35,761 bases of DNA, from the NCBI GenBank assembly GCA_034408725.1, contig JAWXCN010000142.1:1-35761 (forward strand), read 5' to 3'. Position 1 is the first letter of the stretch. Each line of letters opens with the position of its first letter. The translations under genes were made by a program, and so were the position numbers. This document shows, piece by piece, positions 19,401 through 27,700 of this stretch. Below the pieces are notes generated by a model. It saw only the letters and a program-made list of their open reading frames with translations. It was not told the origin of the DNA and searched no databases. This stretch comes from Candidatus Hydrogenedentota bacterium. Its GTDB lineage: Bacteria; Hydrogenedentota; Hydrogenedentia; Hydrogenedentales; SLHB01.

Positions 19401-20153
19401 GTGGACCGTGATGCCTGTGCCGCCACTCAGCCCTTCGGCGCCGAGCCATGCGGTGTAACCAGGACCGAAGGGTGTAGTGGCGCCGGGTTGATACTGGCCG
19501 GCCGCGGTTTGTGCCGCGCGTTCACCTCCGAGTATGGGAATTACGTCTTCCTCAATGGTGAACACGCTATTGATTGCCGCTGCGTCCGAAACTTTGGAAA
19601 GGGGAAGTGTGACGCGCGTTTCGTTCCAGCCCATGATCGTTTCGCGGTCTGAGCGGATGCGATGGCCTTTGGCTTCGAGCGTTTTTGCGGCCAGTTCGCC
19701 ATAACTCAGTACAATGGCCTGGATCGAAGTCTCTTCCGATTTTTGCTGGCGCGCCTTTGCAATTTTTGCCGCGAGCGCGATATTTACTTTCGCGGCATCC
19801 GGGATAGTTCCGACCCACGAAACGTTGCCGGCGCTCTTTACGCTATCGAACGTGTTCGGTTTCATCGTCACCAAATACGCGAAGTCGGCGATGTAATGGT
19901 GCACCGTAGCGCCGGTCGCTCGAAGCCCATCCAACCACTCCGGTTGAATCGGGCCCGAAAACTGTACGAGCACTAGCGTCGACTGATCGCCGAGTCCGGT
20001 CTTTTGCAAGGCCTCCGCCGTCAGCGGAATGGCTTTAGCTTTCACGTCGATGCCGTTCAAGATCACGGCTTGTGCGTGGGAGACATGAACGAAAAGCAGG
20101 GCGAGAAAAAGCCAGGGAGCAGAGTACTTCGGGGTGTTACGCCGGTGTCGCAT
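16491..20153 (-). CDS. Secreted S8 (subtilisin-like) serine peptidase with multiple C-terminal beta domains
   Basis: Signal peptide, propeptide, triad FDDG / GHGH / GTSHACP, oxyanion AGNNG, TLAWTD..VNDLDL domain, then FN3-like, nidogen-like and PEGA-like regions (last three tentative). Confidence 0.92.
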   Translation of the reverse strand: MRHRRNTPKYSAPWLFLALLFVHVSHAQAVILNGIDVKAKAIPLTAEALQKTGLGDQSTLVLVQFSGPIQPEWLDGLRATGATVHHYIADFAYLVTMKPNTFDSVKSAGNVSWVGTIPDAAKVNIALAAKIAKARQQKSEETSIQAIVLSYGELAAKTLEAKGHRIRSDRETIMGWNETRVTLPLSKVSDAAAINSVFTIEEDVIPILGGERAAQTAAGQYQPGATTPFGPGYTAWLGAEGLSGGTGITVHLFDDGIDKGIATNLPGTAHTDILGRIVGIFNATNDADGASRGGHGHLDAAIIMGNATAGTTDSAGYLLGQGVAPMASVYASKIFPDDSGSTEIGINTYTGMTQLAQNAGATFSNNSWGSAINGAYNANAAEFDALVRDSDPDEPGNQQTSHFFCAGNNGPDLSTTWSPANAKNVVSVGSHENSDADGFDGGNSGPSGSNNIRDVYITSSRGPTTDGRLGVTVVATGTHVQGAAPTVEGYTGRGVSSKYWPTTQTDYCRSTGTSHACPVACGAGIIIHEMFRDQLSAMGHTNTPSPAMIRAVLTNTATDLVGGSDGNGGVLANIPNVHQGWGAVNLETLASMKTALYSLDQSELLTSTGDEFNITLSPIVAGLPIKITLAWTDVPGVPGSGIQLVNDLDLRVTENGTLYKGNVFTTGFSETGGNLDRIDTLEAVFLENPSGGPITVSVKAFNIAADGVPNIGGALDQDFALFAWNAGLPDSTGNVRIFPADISCDTTVTFNLRDQDLAGNGTATVGVTSSTGDAETVSLDETGAATGLFSGAIATSTGAPGANGILEVVNDGSITVTYNDASNADGQPAVDEESALVDCTPPAVSNVQITNITSSSAVISYTTTGPTDTVARFGTACGELTQFRGGGLHVVEHHAHLTGLTASTTYRFKIEATDSAGNATLADDAGSCFDFDTTAKRDYLSEWFFDSDNDLANRSFLFTPDGSISYYGACQTPATEFPTDASAHTNLSSTVGLKGDASYEVSLADGKEFTYYGVTYTGFFINANGNITFGIPDGSAIESLYDHDAIPRISGHFDDLDPTNQKPIRYMQLADRAVATWDEVREDGLNTSNSFQIEMFFDGRVRITFLNIEALDGIAGLSRGLGAPSDLALTDLSGFSDCNAELTGSVKVTIKPKAARQDKARWRLDGGAWQKSGDTLSGIPAGQHTVQFKPLTGWKKPKDKEVTVTPGEIASAQGRYKPEE

Positions 20154-20279
20154 CGGATGACCCTCTGGACAGTAAGTAAGGTTGGCTGCGCTGAAGTGGC
20201 AGCGTCGCATATTTGCAACGGTAACACAACGAATTTCGCGGCGCGAATGTTAAGCCTCGCCCGGCATGGAACCTGGACG

Positions 20280-20942
20280 CTACGGAGTGGAATCGTCGTG
20301 GTATTTGCGGACGCGGTGGGTGACGGGAAAGGCTTCGTCGGCTTCCTGGGTGCGGCCTTTCGTGAGGAGTAGCGCAATGCTGAAAATGGTGATCGCGGTC
20401 ATGACGGCGGCGGTGAGTTGATGGGGCAGGTAGCTGGAGAGATTGGCGCGCCACAGCGAGTCGCCCATGAGAAAGAGCCAGACAGCGCAAACGAATACGC
20501 CGAGTATCTGATTGATCTTGGATGGCGAGAAGGGGTAGCCGGCGGTGATGTCGAAGAGATTAAAATTTTGGCGGTTCATGGCGCTTTTGTATAGCGGGCC
20601 CATGATTTCATCTTCGAGGAGGTCGACCTGGATTTCCCAGTTGCGCTGCCAAGCTTTGCTTCCCCTGTTGACGAAGTACCATGCGACGGAAAAGGTGAGT
20701 CCGAGGCACGCGACGACATAGGCGGACTCGAAGGAATGTTGCGGGTCTTTCGTAAGGAGGAAGTAACCCGCGAACATACCGGCGATGAATGTCCAAAAGT
20801 AGCTGGCGCGTTTCCAGTAGAGGTCTGTTTCAAACTTGCGGATGTCGAGGGCCTGTTTGAGTGCTTCCCTCTGGCGTTCGCTGGCGTTGCCTTCGCCCGT
20901 GAAGTGATTAATGTAGCCGGTGCGCGTTGTTTTATCGGGCAT
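20280..20942 (-). CDS. Small four-TM membrane protein of the ALDIRKFExxLYWKR family (RipA/octameric membrane protein-like)
   Basis: ALDIRKFETDLYWKRASYFW, NRGSKAWQRNWE, GPLYK and FSPSKIN motifs. The family name is from memory. Confidence 0.6.
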   Translation of the reverse strand: MPDKTTRTGYINHFTGEGNASERQREALKQALDIRKFETDLYWKRASYFWTFIAGMFAGYFLLTKDPQHSFESAYVVACLGLTFSVAWYFVNRGSKAWQRNWEIQVDLLEDEIMGPLYKSAMNRQNFNLFDITAGYPFSPSKINQILGVFVCAVWLFLMGDSLWRANLSSYLPHQLTAAVMTAITIFSIALLLTKGRTQEADEAFPVTHRVRKYHDDSTP

Positions 20943-20966
20943 TGTGTGTCCCCTTGGGAAATTGGA

Positions 20967-21782
20967 TTACGAGACAAAGCGCTTCATGTAGTCCAAGCTT
21001 TTCGTTGCAATGGTTTCAGGTCCGGGATCGAATTTGAAAACTTCCACCGACGCGTACCCGGAAAAGTTGATGTCGCGCAGGGCGTCGAAGATGGGCGCGA
21101 AATCGACGTCGCCGAAGCCGGGGCCTTCGAGGTTTGCGTCATTGGCGTGATAGTGCTTGAGGTATTTTGCGTGTTTGCGAATGGTTGCGGGCCGGCCATC
21201 GGGTTCGCCGGTCATGGCTTTGGTATCGAGTAAGAGCTGGAAGTTGGGGTGTGCGATGCGTTCGATGAGCGTGACGGTTTCCGCGGCGCTTTTCATGAAG
21301 TTGGTTTCCGTCGAGGCAAGGGGTTCCATGCATAGGGTGACGTCGCGTCCGGCGAACGTGGGCATGGCGGTCTCGAAGACTTCGGTGGCGTAATCGAAAG
21401 CTTGTTGGTACGAAACACCGTCCAGGATGTTGCGCTGTTTGGGTGAACCAAAGACCATGATTTGGCCGCCAACGTCGCCGCAGAAGTGGGCGAGGTCAAC
21501 GAGGTATTGGGCCGTCCGGTCGCGAACGCTTTTATCGGGATGCGTGAGATAAAGGCCTTCGGGTCCGACAAGGACCCAGTGAATGCCGAGGATGTCGAGG
21601 CCGGCTTGTTCGGCGCGCGTCGCGATGTCTCTGCGCTTCGACGCGGGAATCTCTGTGACGTACTGTGCGAGGGTGAATGGGGCTATTTCGAGACCGTCGT
21701 ATCCGATGGATTTGACGTAGTCGATGGCGCGGCCGACGTCGTTCCAGTCTTTGAAGATTTCGCTGCAGATGCCGAATTTCAT
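20967..21782 (-). CDS. Sugar phosphate isomerase/epimerase (xylose-isomerase-like TIM barrel, tagatose 3-epimerase-like)
   Basis: GYDGLEIAP, VFGSPKQR, MEPL, LLDT, HYHAND and SVEVF. Confidence 0.9.
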   Translation of the reverse strand: MKFGICSEIFKDWNDVGRAIDYVKSIGYDGLEIAPFTLAQYVTEIPASKRRDIATRAEQAGLDILGIHWVLVGPEGLYLTHPDKSVRDRTAQYLVDLAHFCGDVGGQIMVFGSPKQRNILDGVSYQQAFDYATEVFETAMPTFAGRDVTLCMEPLASTETNFMKSAAETVTLIERIAHPNFQLLLDTKAMTGEPDGRPATIRKHAKYLKHYHANDANLEGPGFGDVDFAPIFDALRDINFSGYASVEVFKFDPGPETIATKSLDYMKRFVS

Positions 21783-21865
21783 GCGAGGGTCCTTGTGAGG
21801 TGATCGGCGGGATGATACTGGATTTCAAGGGGTGGACGTTAAGGAGGAGTTTCGGAACGGGGAAA

Positions 21866-23209
21866 TTACGATGCGGCCTGGGTTTGTTGGCGGTGGACGG
21901 TGGCGCGATTGCCGCCGGCGCGTTTGGATTCGTACATCATGGCGTCGGCGGTGTGGATGAGGGTTTTGGTGTCTATGTCGCCGCGGTAGGTGCAAAGGCC
22001 GAGACTCAGGGTGAGCTGATCAAGGTCCTCTTCCTCGAAATTCCGGCGGATGCGCTCGGTGATGATTTCGGCGGTGGCTTCGTCAGCTTCCGGTAAGATA
22101 ACGGTAAACTCGTCGCCGCCGTAGCGGAAGCCGATATCGACGTGGGTGCGGGTGCTGCGGACGATGGCGCGGGCGGCAGCCTGAAGGGCTTTGTCGCCGG
22201 CGAGATGGCCGCGGCTGTCGTTATAGGTTTTGAATTTGTCGACGTCGAACAACAGTAGCGTGAGAGGATGGCCTTGGCGTTTTGCGCGTTCCATTTCGAC
22301 TTCGATGCGGTCGTAGAAGAACCGCTGGTTGTAGAGGCCGGTGAGGCTATCCTTCGATGAAAGGTCTTTCAATTCGCGTTCGAGCTGTTTCTGGCGCGTA
22401 ATGTCCTTGCAAATCGCGAGAATGGAAGACAATTGGCCGTCGGTTGTCAGCAGACAGGATATGGAGACATTCACGGGTACATGGGTGCGATCCTTGCAGA
22501 CGAGTTCGGTTTCGTAGTCTTGCAGCGTTTGTTCTTCGCGGAGTTTCCGGCGGATGTGGGCGACTTCGTTGACGCCTCCTTTATACAAATGTTGGATGTC
22601 GAGTCCGAGGAGATCGCGTTCGGAATAGCCGAGCATGCGCAACGCGCCGTCATTGATAAACTCGATGCGGTTCGCGCCGTCGGTGGTGATGATGGCATCG
22701 ACGGTGCTATGGAGAAGGTTGACGAGGTATTGCTTGGTGTCGCGCAACTCGGCGGTGACGCGTTCGAGGTCTTCGGTGGCTTCCTGGACGCGGTTCTCGA
22801 GTTTTTCCTGATACTGGCGATGCTGGATGGTGATGGCGCGCTTTTCGAGTGAACGGCTTGCGGAGCGGCCAATCTCGCTGAGGTTGAACGGTTTGACGAC
22901 GTAGTCATCGGCGCCGGCGTGCATGGCGTCGATCGCGTTTGCAATGTCCATCATCGCGGTGACAACGACGATAGCGATATCGGGGTCCACTTCGCGCGCC
23001 CGGCGTACGAGTTCGAGGCCACCCATTTCGGGCATGCGCAGGTCGGTAATGAGCAGTCCGAAAGTATGGGTCTGTATGGATTGCAGGGCGCGAAGTGGCG
23101 AGGTTTCAATAGCGCAGGTGTAGCCGAGCGAGGCGAGATGCGACAACATGACTTCAGAGACGGCGCGCTCGTCGTCCAGCAACAGGATTTGTGTGTCCGC
23201 TGTGGTCAC
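21866..23209 (-). CDS. Response-regulator diguanylate cyclase (REC-PAS-GGDEF)
   Basis: LLDDE, TDLRMP and KPF receiver motifs, a PAS domain, DSLTGLYN, DVDKFK and RYGGDEF. Confidence 0.93.
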   Translation of the reverse strand: MTTADTQILLLDDERAVSEVMLSHLASLGYTCAIETSPLRALQSIQTHTFGLLITDLRMPEMGGLELVRRAREVDPDIAIVVVTAMMDIANAIDAMHAGADDYVVKPFNLSEIGRSASRSLEKRAITIQHRQYQEKLENRVQEATEDLERVTAELRDTKQYLVNLLHSTVDAIITTDGANRIEFINDGALRMLGYSERDLLGLDIQHLYKGGVNEVAHIRRKLREEQTLQDYETELVCKDRTHVPVNVSISCLLTTDGQLSSILAICKDITRQKQLERELKDLSSKDSLTGLYNQRFFYDRIEVEMERAKRQGHPLTLLLFDVDKFKTYNDSRGHLAGDKALQAAARAIVRSTRTHVDIGFRYGGDEFTVILPEADEATAEIITERIRRNFEEEDLDQLTLSLGLCTYRGDIDTKTLIHTADAMMYESKRAGGNRATVHRQQTQAAS

Positions 23210-23302
23210 GTGGTGCTCGATGTTCCTCTTGGCGCTGTCACGAAAATGCGACGAAAGGGCACTCCGCAGCGTAGCGGGGCCACGCGCGAGACGCTGTGGA
23301 GA

Positions 23303-23560
23303 TTACAGATATTTCCAAAGGATGACGGTGACGGCAATTGAACCCAAGGCGAGATACTTTTGCCATGGCTTCGCGAGCCGGGGATCGTCATCTGCAATAC
23401 CTTTACCCTGGAAAAGGCCTTCGATGCCTTTCTTTTCCGCCAAATTTTGGTCGGGATTTCCGGCGGCGTGAACGGTGGCGGGTAAGCAAGCCATGATCAA
23501 CACGAATGCGAATCCTGCAAGCACAGCGATACACAGAACTTTTTGAACTATTGGCAACAT
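23303..23560 (-). CDS. Small exported/membrane protein
   Basis: SD AAGGAG, signal-like N-terminus ending VHA-A, C-terminal TM. Confidence 0.65.
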   Translation of the reverse strand: MLPIVQKVLCIAVLAGFAFVLIMACLPATVHAAGNPDQNLAEKKGIEGLFQGKGIADDDPRLAKPWQKYLALGSIAVTVILWKYL

Positions 23561-23644
23561 AATAACCGTGCTCCTTGCGTGTCTACTCGTTTAATTCTAC
23601 CTTTGCAGACCAGGAAACGCAACGGATACAATTTTCGCGGTCTA

Positions 23645-23959
23645 TCAGGAAGGAGAATCGTGGCCGGGGAGTGGAATTCGCCGCTTTTCGAGATCGGGGT
23701 TTGGCTTGAACAGTGTTGCGACATGTCCGAGGATACCGACGAGATAGCTGCTGGTTTGTCCGGTCAGGTCGTCGATGAGCGCGCGTTTTTCATCTTTGCG
23801 ATCGACGAATTTCACCTTGATTAGTTCGTGCGCGGCGAGCACTTCAGCGGTGGTGCGCACGACCGTGTCGGTGACACCTTGTTTGCCGACGTAAACGGTG
23901 GGCTTCACGTGGTGCGCAAGTTTCTTCAAATGATCGCGTTGGGTGCTGGTAAGTGGCAT
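23645..23959 (-). CDS. yhbY: YhbY/CRM RNA-binding protein
   Basis: LTSTQRDHLKKLAHHVKPTVYVGKQG..HELIKVK..GHVATLF. Confidence 0.92.
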   Translation of the reverse strand: MPLTSTQRDHLKKLAHHVKPTVYVGKQGVTDTVVRTTAEVLAAHELIKVKFVDRKDEKRALIDDLTGQTSSYLVGILGHVATLFKPNPDLEKRRIPLPGHDSPS

Positions 23960-23965
23960 GGGCGA

Positions 23966-23994
23966 AGTATGTGGTTCGTCTGGCGCAATGTCAA
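23966..23994 (-). promoter_or_regulatory. Sigma70-type promoter of yhbY
   Basis: TTGACA-17 bp-CATACT on the minus strand. Confidence 0.65.
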
Positions 23995-24086
23995 TTTGGA
24001 TAGCGTCTGGCGCGGCAACCTGCATGGTATAGTGCGTGGGATGGACGGAATCGCGGCAAAAAACTGAATCCGGGGTTGGGGGTGAT

Positions 24087-24524
24087 ATGCATCATTTAGC
24101 GCGTCACTTGTTGCGATGCGGCATTGCATTGTTTCTGCTCGGACTTCTTACTGGATTGATGGTGCCAGTGTTGAACAACCCGCGAATGGCCTTGTCCAGC
24201 CATCTCGAGGGAATTCTCAACGGTATTTTTCTGATGGTGCTCTCGTTGGCTTGGCCGCAATTTCGATTGTCGGCGCGCGCTCAGAAAATCGCCTTTGGGC
24301 TGGTGCTGTTTGGCACGTACACGAATTGGGGCACGACCCTACTTGCCGCCGCATGGGGCACCGGAACCATGACGCCCATTGCCGCACCTGATCACGCGGG
24401 CGCCTCGTGGCAAGAGCTTATTGTGAACTTCGGGTTGGTATCGCTTTCGATTGCAATGGTTGTTTCCTGTTGCATCTTTATTTGGGGCTTGCGTGGGACG
24501 CTCGTTCGGACGCAAGAGGATTGA
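24087..24524 (+). CDS. Hydroxylaminobenzene mutase (Hab)/StyC-like membrane protein
   Basis: LFLLGLLTG, NPRMALSSHLEGILNG and YTNW motifs; four TM segments. Confidence 0.75.
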   Translation: MHHLARHLLRCGIALFLLGLLTGLMVPVLNNPRMALSSHLEGILNGIFLMVLSLAWPQFRLSARAQKIAFGLVLFGTYTNWGTTLLAAAWGTGTMTPIAAPDHAGASWQELIVNFGLVSLSIAMVVSCCIFIWGLRGTLVRTQED

Positions 24525-24558
24525 GGCGCGTCCCGCTTTGCGCGCATTGGAGCAATGA

Positions 24559-25248
24559 ATGTACCGGAGTCTAGATGATAAGGGAATCACGGGTACCGCA
24601 GAGCAATTGCGGGCGCGTATCACCGTCCGTTTCCGGGATTCCAGTCTTAGCAAGGTTGCGGCGGAGTTGGTTGAATTGTCTCGCGCCGCTACGGTGCGGG
24701 CCACATCGATTATAGCGCCGAACACAACGTTGCGCGCCGGCGTCTATTTTGGAAGCGGTGTTCTGTTATTTATTTCGCTGGTTGTACTGGTCCGATTCAG
24801 TCCGGATTTTACAGCATTCAGTTTTGCGCAATTTGTCGAAATTCTGGACGCGCTGATCAATATCGCCGTGCTGATTGGCGGGGCCATATTCAGCCTTGTG
24901 ACTTTTGAGGGCCGGGAGCAGCGTTCCCGCGCGGTGGCGGCACTCCATGAATTGCGCGCAATGGCACACGTTATAGACATGCACCAACTCGCGAAGCAAC
25001 CTGGCCACGTCGATGATGCGATTCATCCCGATGTCGAGGCGATGTCGCCGCCGGATTTAACGGCGTATCTTTCGTGGTGTACGGAACTGCTGTCACTCGT
25101 CGGAAAACTTGGTGCGTATTACGTTCAGGATTTGAACGACGAAGTTTCGCTCGACGAGGCCAACGAGCTGGAAGATTTGACAACCGGACTTTCCCAGAAG
25201 ATTTGGCAGAAGATTATGATCGTCCATCAAGCACGCGGCATGGCGTAA
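24559..25248 (+). CDS. Hypothetical two-TM membrane protein
   Basis: 229 aa with SD GGAG, two TMs and a helical C-terminal domain (LHELRAMAHVIDMHQL). Confidence 0.75.
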   Translation: MYRSLDDKGITGTAEQLRARITVRFRDSSLSKVAAELVELSRAATVRATSIIAPNTTLRAGVYFGSGVLLFISLVVLVRFSPDFTAFSFAQFVEILDALINIAVLIGGAIFSLVTFEGREQRSRAVAALHELRAMAHVIDMHQLAKQPGHVDDAIHPDVEAMSPPDLTAYLSWCTELLSLVGKLGAYYVQDLNDEVSLDEANELEDLTTGLSQKIWQKIMIVHQARGMA

Positions 25249-25270
25249 CAACAAGTGACGCTCTGGTTCA

Positions 25271-25299
25271 TTGACAGTCAACCGGAGCGGCCCTATACT
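25271..25299 (+). promoter_or_regulatory. Near-consensus sigma70 promoter upstream of the riboswitch
   Basis: TTGACA-17 bp-TATACT. Confidence 0.78.
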
Positions 25300-25359
25300 T
25301 TTTAATATGCGGTACGGTCCGCGAGTCAGGAGGCAGCCGGCAAAAGATAATAATTAGCG

Positions 25360-25522
25360 CGTGGGCATTCAGGAAGACGGTGTAAATCCGTCGCAGACGC
25401 GCTGCTGTAACCGGGGACGAACACCGCATTGATGTCACTGCCGGCGAAAGCGTGAATCGCACGCACGCCGGTGGGAAGACGCGGTCAGTAGGTTGATCCG
25501 GAAGCCAGAAGACCTGCCCACG
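25360..25522 (+). promoter_or_regulatory. Cobalamin riboswitch
   Basis: AGGAA-GACGGTGTAAATCCGTC, GCTGTAA, CACTG..GGGAAG and B12 box AGCCAGAAGACCTGCC. Closing stem CGTGGGCA/TGCCCACG. Confidence 0.9.
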
Positions 25523-25734
25523 TACGCATTGCTGCCCCCTGAAACGGTTTCCAGGCGGCGGCACTCATGCGCAACTTCGCGAGAAGGGTTGCAGCGGGGC
25601 AGGCGGACTATTTGCCTGCATACTCGCCTACTTTTCTCCCCTTTTTTCACGCACGTGAAACCAGATTGATGCACGGCGACCGTGCATCGTGGCAGCGAGA
25701 AACATCGTGGATGTTTTATCGCAGGGGAATGACA

Positions 25735-26613
25735 ATGAACAGTATTTTGGATTCAGGAAATGCGGCAGGCGCGGGACACGCGCCGCCTTTGCGCCGCGGC
25801 TTTACGCTGGTAGAACTGCTAGTCTGCATCGCGATTATCAGTTTGTTGGGCGCGCTGTTGTTGCCCGCGCTAGCCAAGGCCCGACAGAAAGGCTTGTCAG
25901 TGCAGTGCGTCAACAACCTTCGTCAACTCTATCTCGCCAATACCATGTATGCGGATGAGCACAAGGGACAGTACGCACCAGCGGCTCCGGATATCAACGA
26001 CGGTTTCGGCGGACGGGTGCGGTGGCACGGCGTTCGCGAGACCAATAGTCCCGAAAGTGATTTCGATCCGAAGAAGGGGCCGTTGGCCGAGTATATGCCG
26101 GAGGCACGGGTCAAAGAATGTCCCGTATTCACGGAGTTTCGAAAGCGGGGAGACGCGCCGAACGTCTTTGAAGCAGGGACGGGAGGGTACGGTTATAACG
26201 GTTCTTATGTCGGCGGGGCCTACAACCGCAAAGACTGGGTGGAGGCGCCAAAGCACGGGACGCTCGACACGAGCATTCCTGAACCAACCCGGACGATCAT
26301 GTTCGCGGACGCGGCAATGGCGCAGGACGGATATATTGTCGAGTATGGGTTTGTGGAGGCGCCGCATTTTGTTACCAGCGATTTTCCACATGGGAATCCC
26401 AATTGGGGATTTGCGTCGCCGAGCCTTCATTTCCGGCATGACATGCGTGTCAACGTTGTGTGGTGCGATGGGCACGTGACGAGCGAGCGCTTCGAATGGA
26501 CGACGAATGAGAATATCTACGGCGGCCAGAACCGCCGGTTTGGCGTGGGCTGGTTCGGGCCCGAGAGTAATGTTTATTTTGACAGCGGGGACAAGGACGA
26601 GTATCTGCCATAG
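25735..26613 (+). CDS. Prepilin-type N-terminal cleavage/methylation protein with H-X9-DG domain (DUF1559-like)
   Basis: [33 protein letters not shown] and C-terminal [14 protein letters not shown]. Start is ATG 25729 or 25735 after CAGGGG. Confidence 0.9.
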   Translation: MNSILDSGNAAGAGHAPPLRRGFTLVELLVCIAIISLLGALLLPALAKARQKGLSVQCVNNLRQLYLANTMYADEHKGQYAPAAPDINDGFGGRVRWHGVRETNSPESDFDPKKGPLAEYMPEARVKECPVFTEFRKRGDAPNVFEAGTGGYGYNGSYVGGAYNRKDWVEAPKHGTLDTSIPEPTRTIMFADAAMAQDGYIVEYGFVEAPHFVTSDFPHGNPNWGFASPSLHFRHDMRVNVVWCDGHVTSERFEWTTNENIYGGQNRRFGVGWFGPESNVYFDSGDKDEYLP

Positions 26614-26685
26614 CAAGGTTTATTCCGTAGCGCAGGTTCGTTGGGAGCGAGCCTGCGCTGCGTTTCAGGGTTTAAGCTGGCGTCG

Positions 26686-27696
26686 TCAGTCACGGCTGTC
26701 CAATGCGCCGTGTCTGTTTGAAAGTGCTTCGGCATGGCCGGGGTCCAGTGCGAGTGCGCGGTCAAACTGTCGAACGGCTTTATCAGGCTCGCCCATTGCG
26801 AGCAGGAGCAGGCCCAAAAGGTTGAAGGCGTCCGGGTTGCTGGGATCAATGGCGATGGATTCGGCAAGGCACGCGACCGCGCCTTTCAGTTCGCCAGCTG
26901 CCTGAAGGGACTGTGCCTCGTGAAGTCTGCGGCGCGCGAGTTGGCCGGTACGGCTTTGGCCGTGGTCGAGTCCCCATTTTCCGTTGAACAGACTTTCGTT
27001 TCGATGAATGAGTTCGCGATAGGACTCGCTCGTAAAGCCCATAGCTTGAAACGTGCGGCTGCCGTAGTGGAACACGAAGCAACCTTTGGCCATGCAGACG
27101 CGATAGCCGGCTTTCTTTACGCGGAGGCAATAGTCGTCGTCCTCGAGATTTCCAATTCCGAAAGATTCGTCGAGGAGGCCGATCGCCTTGAACGCCGGTT
27201 CACTGATCAGCATGCAGAAGCCGACGATGCGCTCGAGATCGTCCACACTCGCGGCGTAGTCGCGCCAGAGCGTTTCGGAGACGATCGTGAGATCCCCGGT
27301 GTTGTTTACGCGCGCATCGGGAAGGTGTTGCGGTCCTGATACGTTGTTGCTCATCGGGCCTGCCATGCCGATACGGCGGTTACTTTCGAGCGCCGAGACC
27401 AATCGCGACAGCCACCCCGGGGGCACGATGGTGTCGCTGTTCAAGAGCAGGACGTGTCCATCGGCACGAGTGAGGCCAAGGTTCGCCCCGGCTGGAAAAC
27501 CGAGATTTGTTTCGCTGTGGATTACGGTCGCATCCGGGATGGAATCGAAGTATTCGGATACGCCGTCGGTGCTGCCGTTGTCGACGAGGAGCAGTTTGTA
27601 CGGATAGTCAGTATTTGCCAGCACCGAATCGATGCATTGACGGCAGCAATCGAGTTGATTGAATGCGGGAATGACGATGGATACATGGGTGGGCAT
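26686..27696 (-). CDS. GT2 family glycosyltransferase with C-terminal TPR repeats
   Basis: SIVIP, VDNGSTD, LLNSD and EDDDYC motifs, plus a TPR tail (DAFNLLG..ALALDP). Confidence 0.9.
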   Translation of the reverse strand: MPTHVSIVIPAFNQLDCCRQCIDSVLANTDYPYKLLLVDNGSTDGVSEYFDSIPDATVIHSETNLGFPAGANLGLTRADGHVLLLNSDTIVPPGWLSRLVSALESNRRIGMAGPMSNNVSGPQHLPDARVNNTGDLTIVSETLWRDYAASVDDLERIVGFCMLISEPAFKAIGLLDESFGIGNLEDDDYCLRVKKAGYRVCMAKGCFVFHYGSRTFQAMGFTSESYRELIHRNESLFNGKWGLDHGQSRTGQLARRRLHEAQSLQAAGELKGAVACLAESIAIDPSNPDAFNLLGLLLLAMGEPDKAVRQFDRALALDPGHAEALSNRHGALDSRD

Positions 27697-27700
27697 GCAG

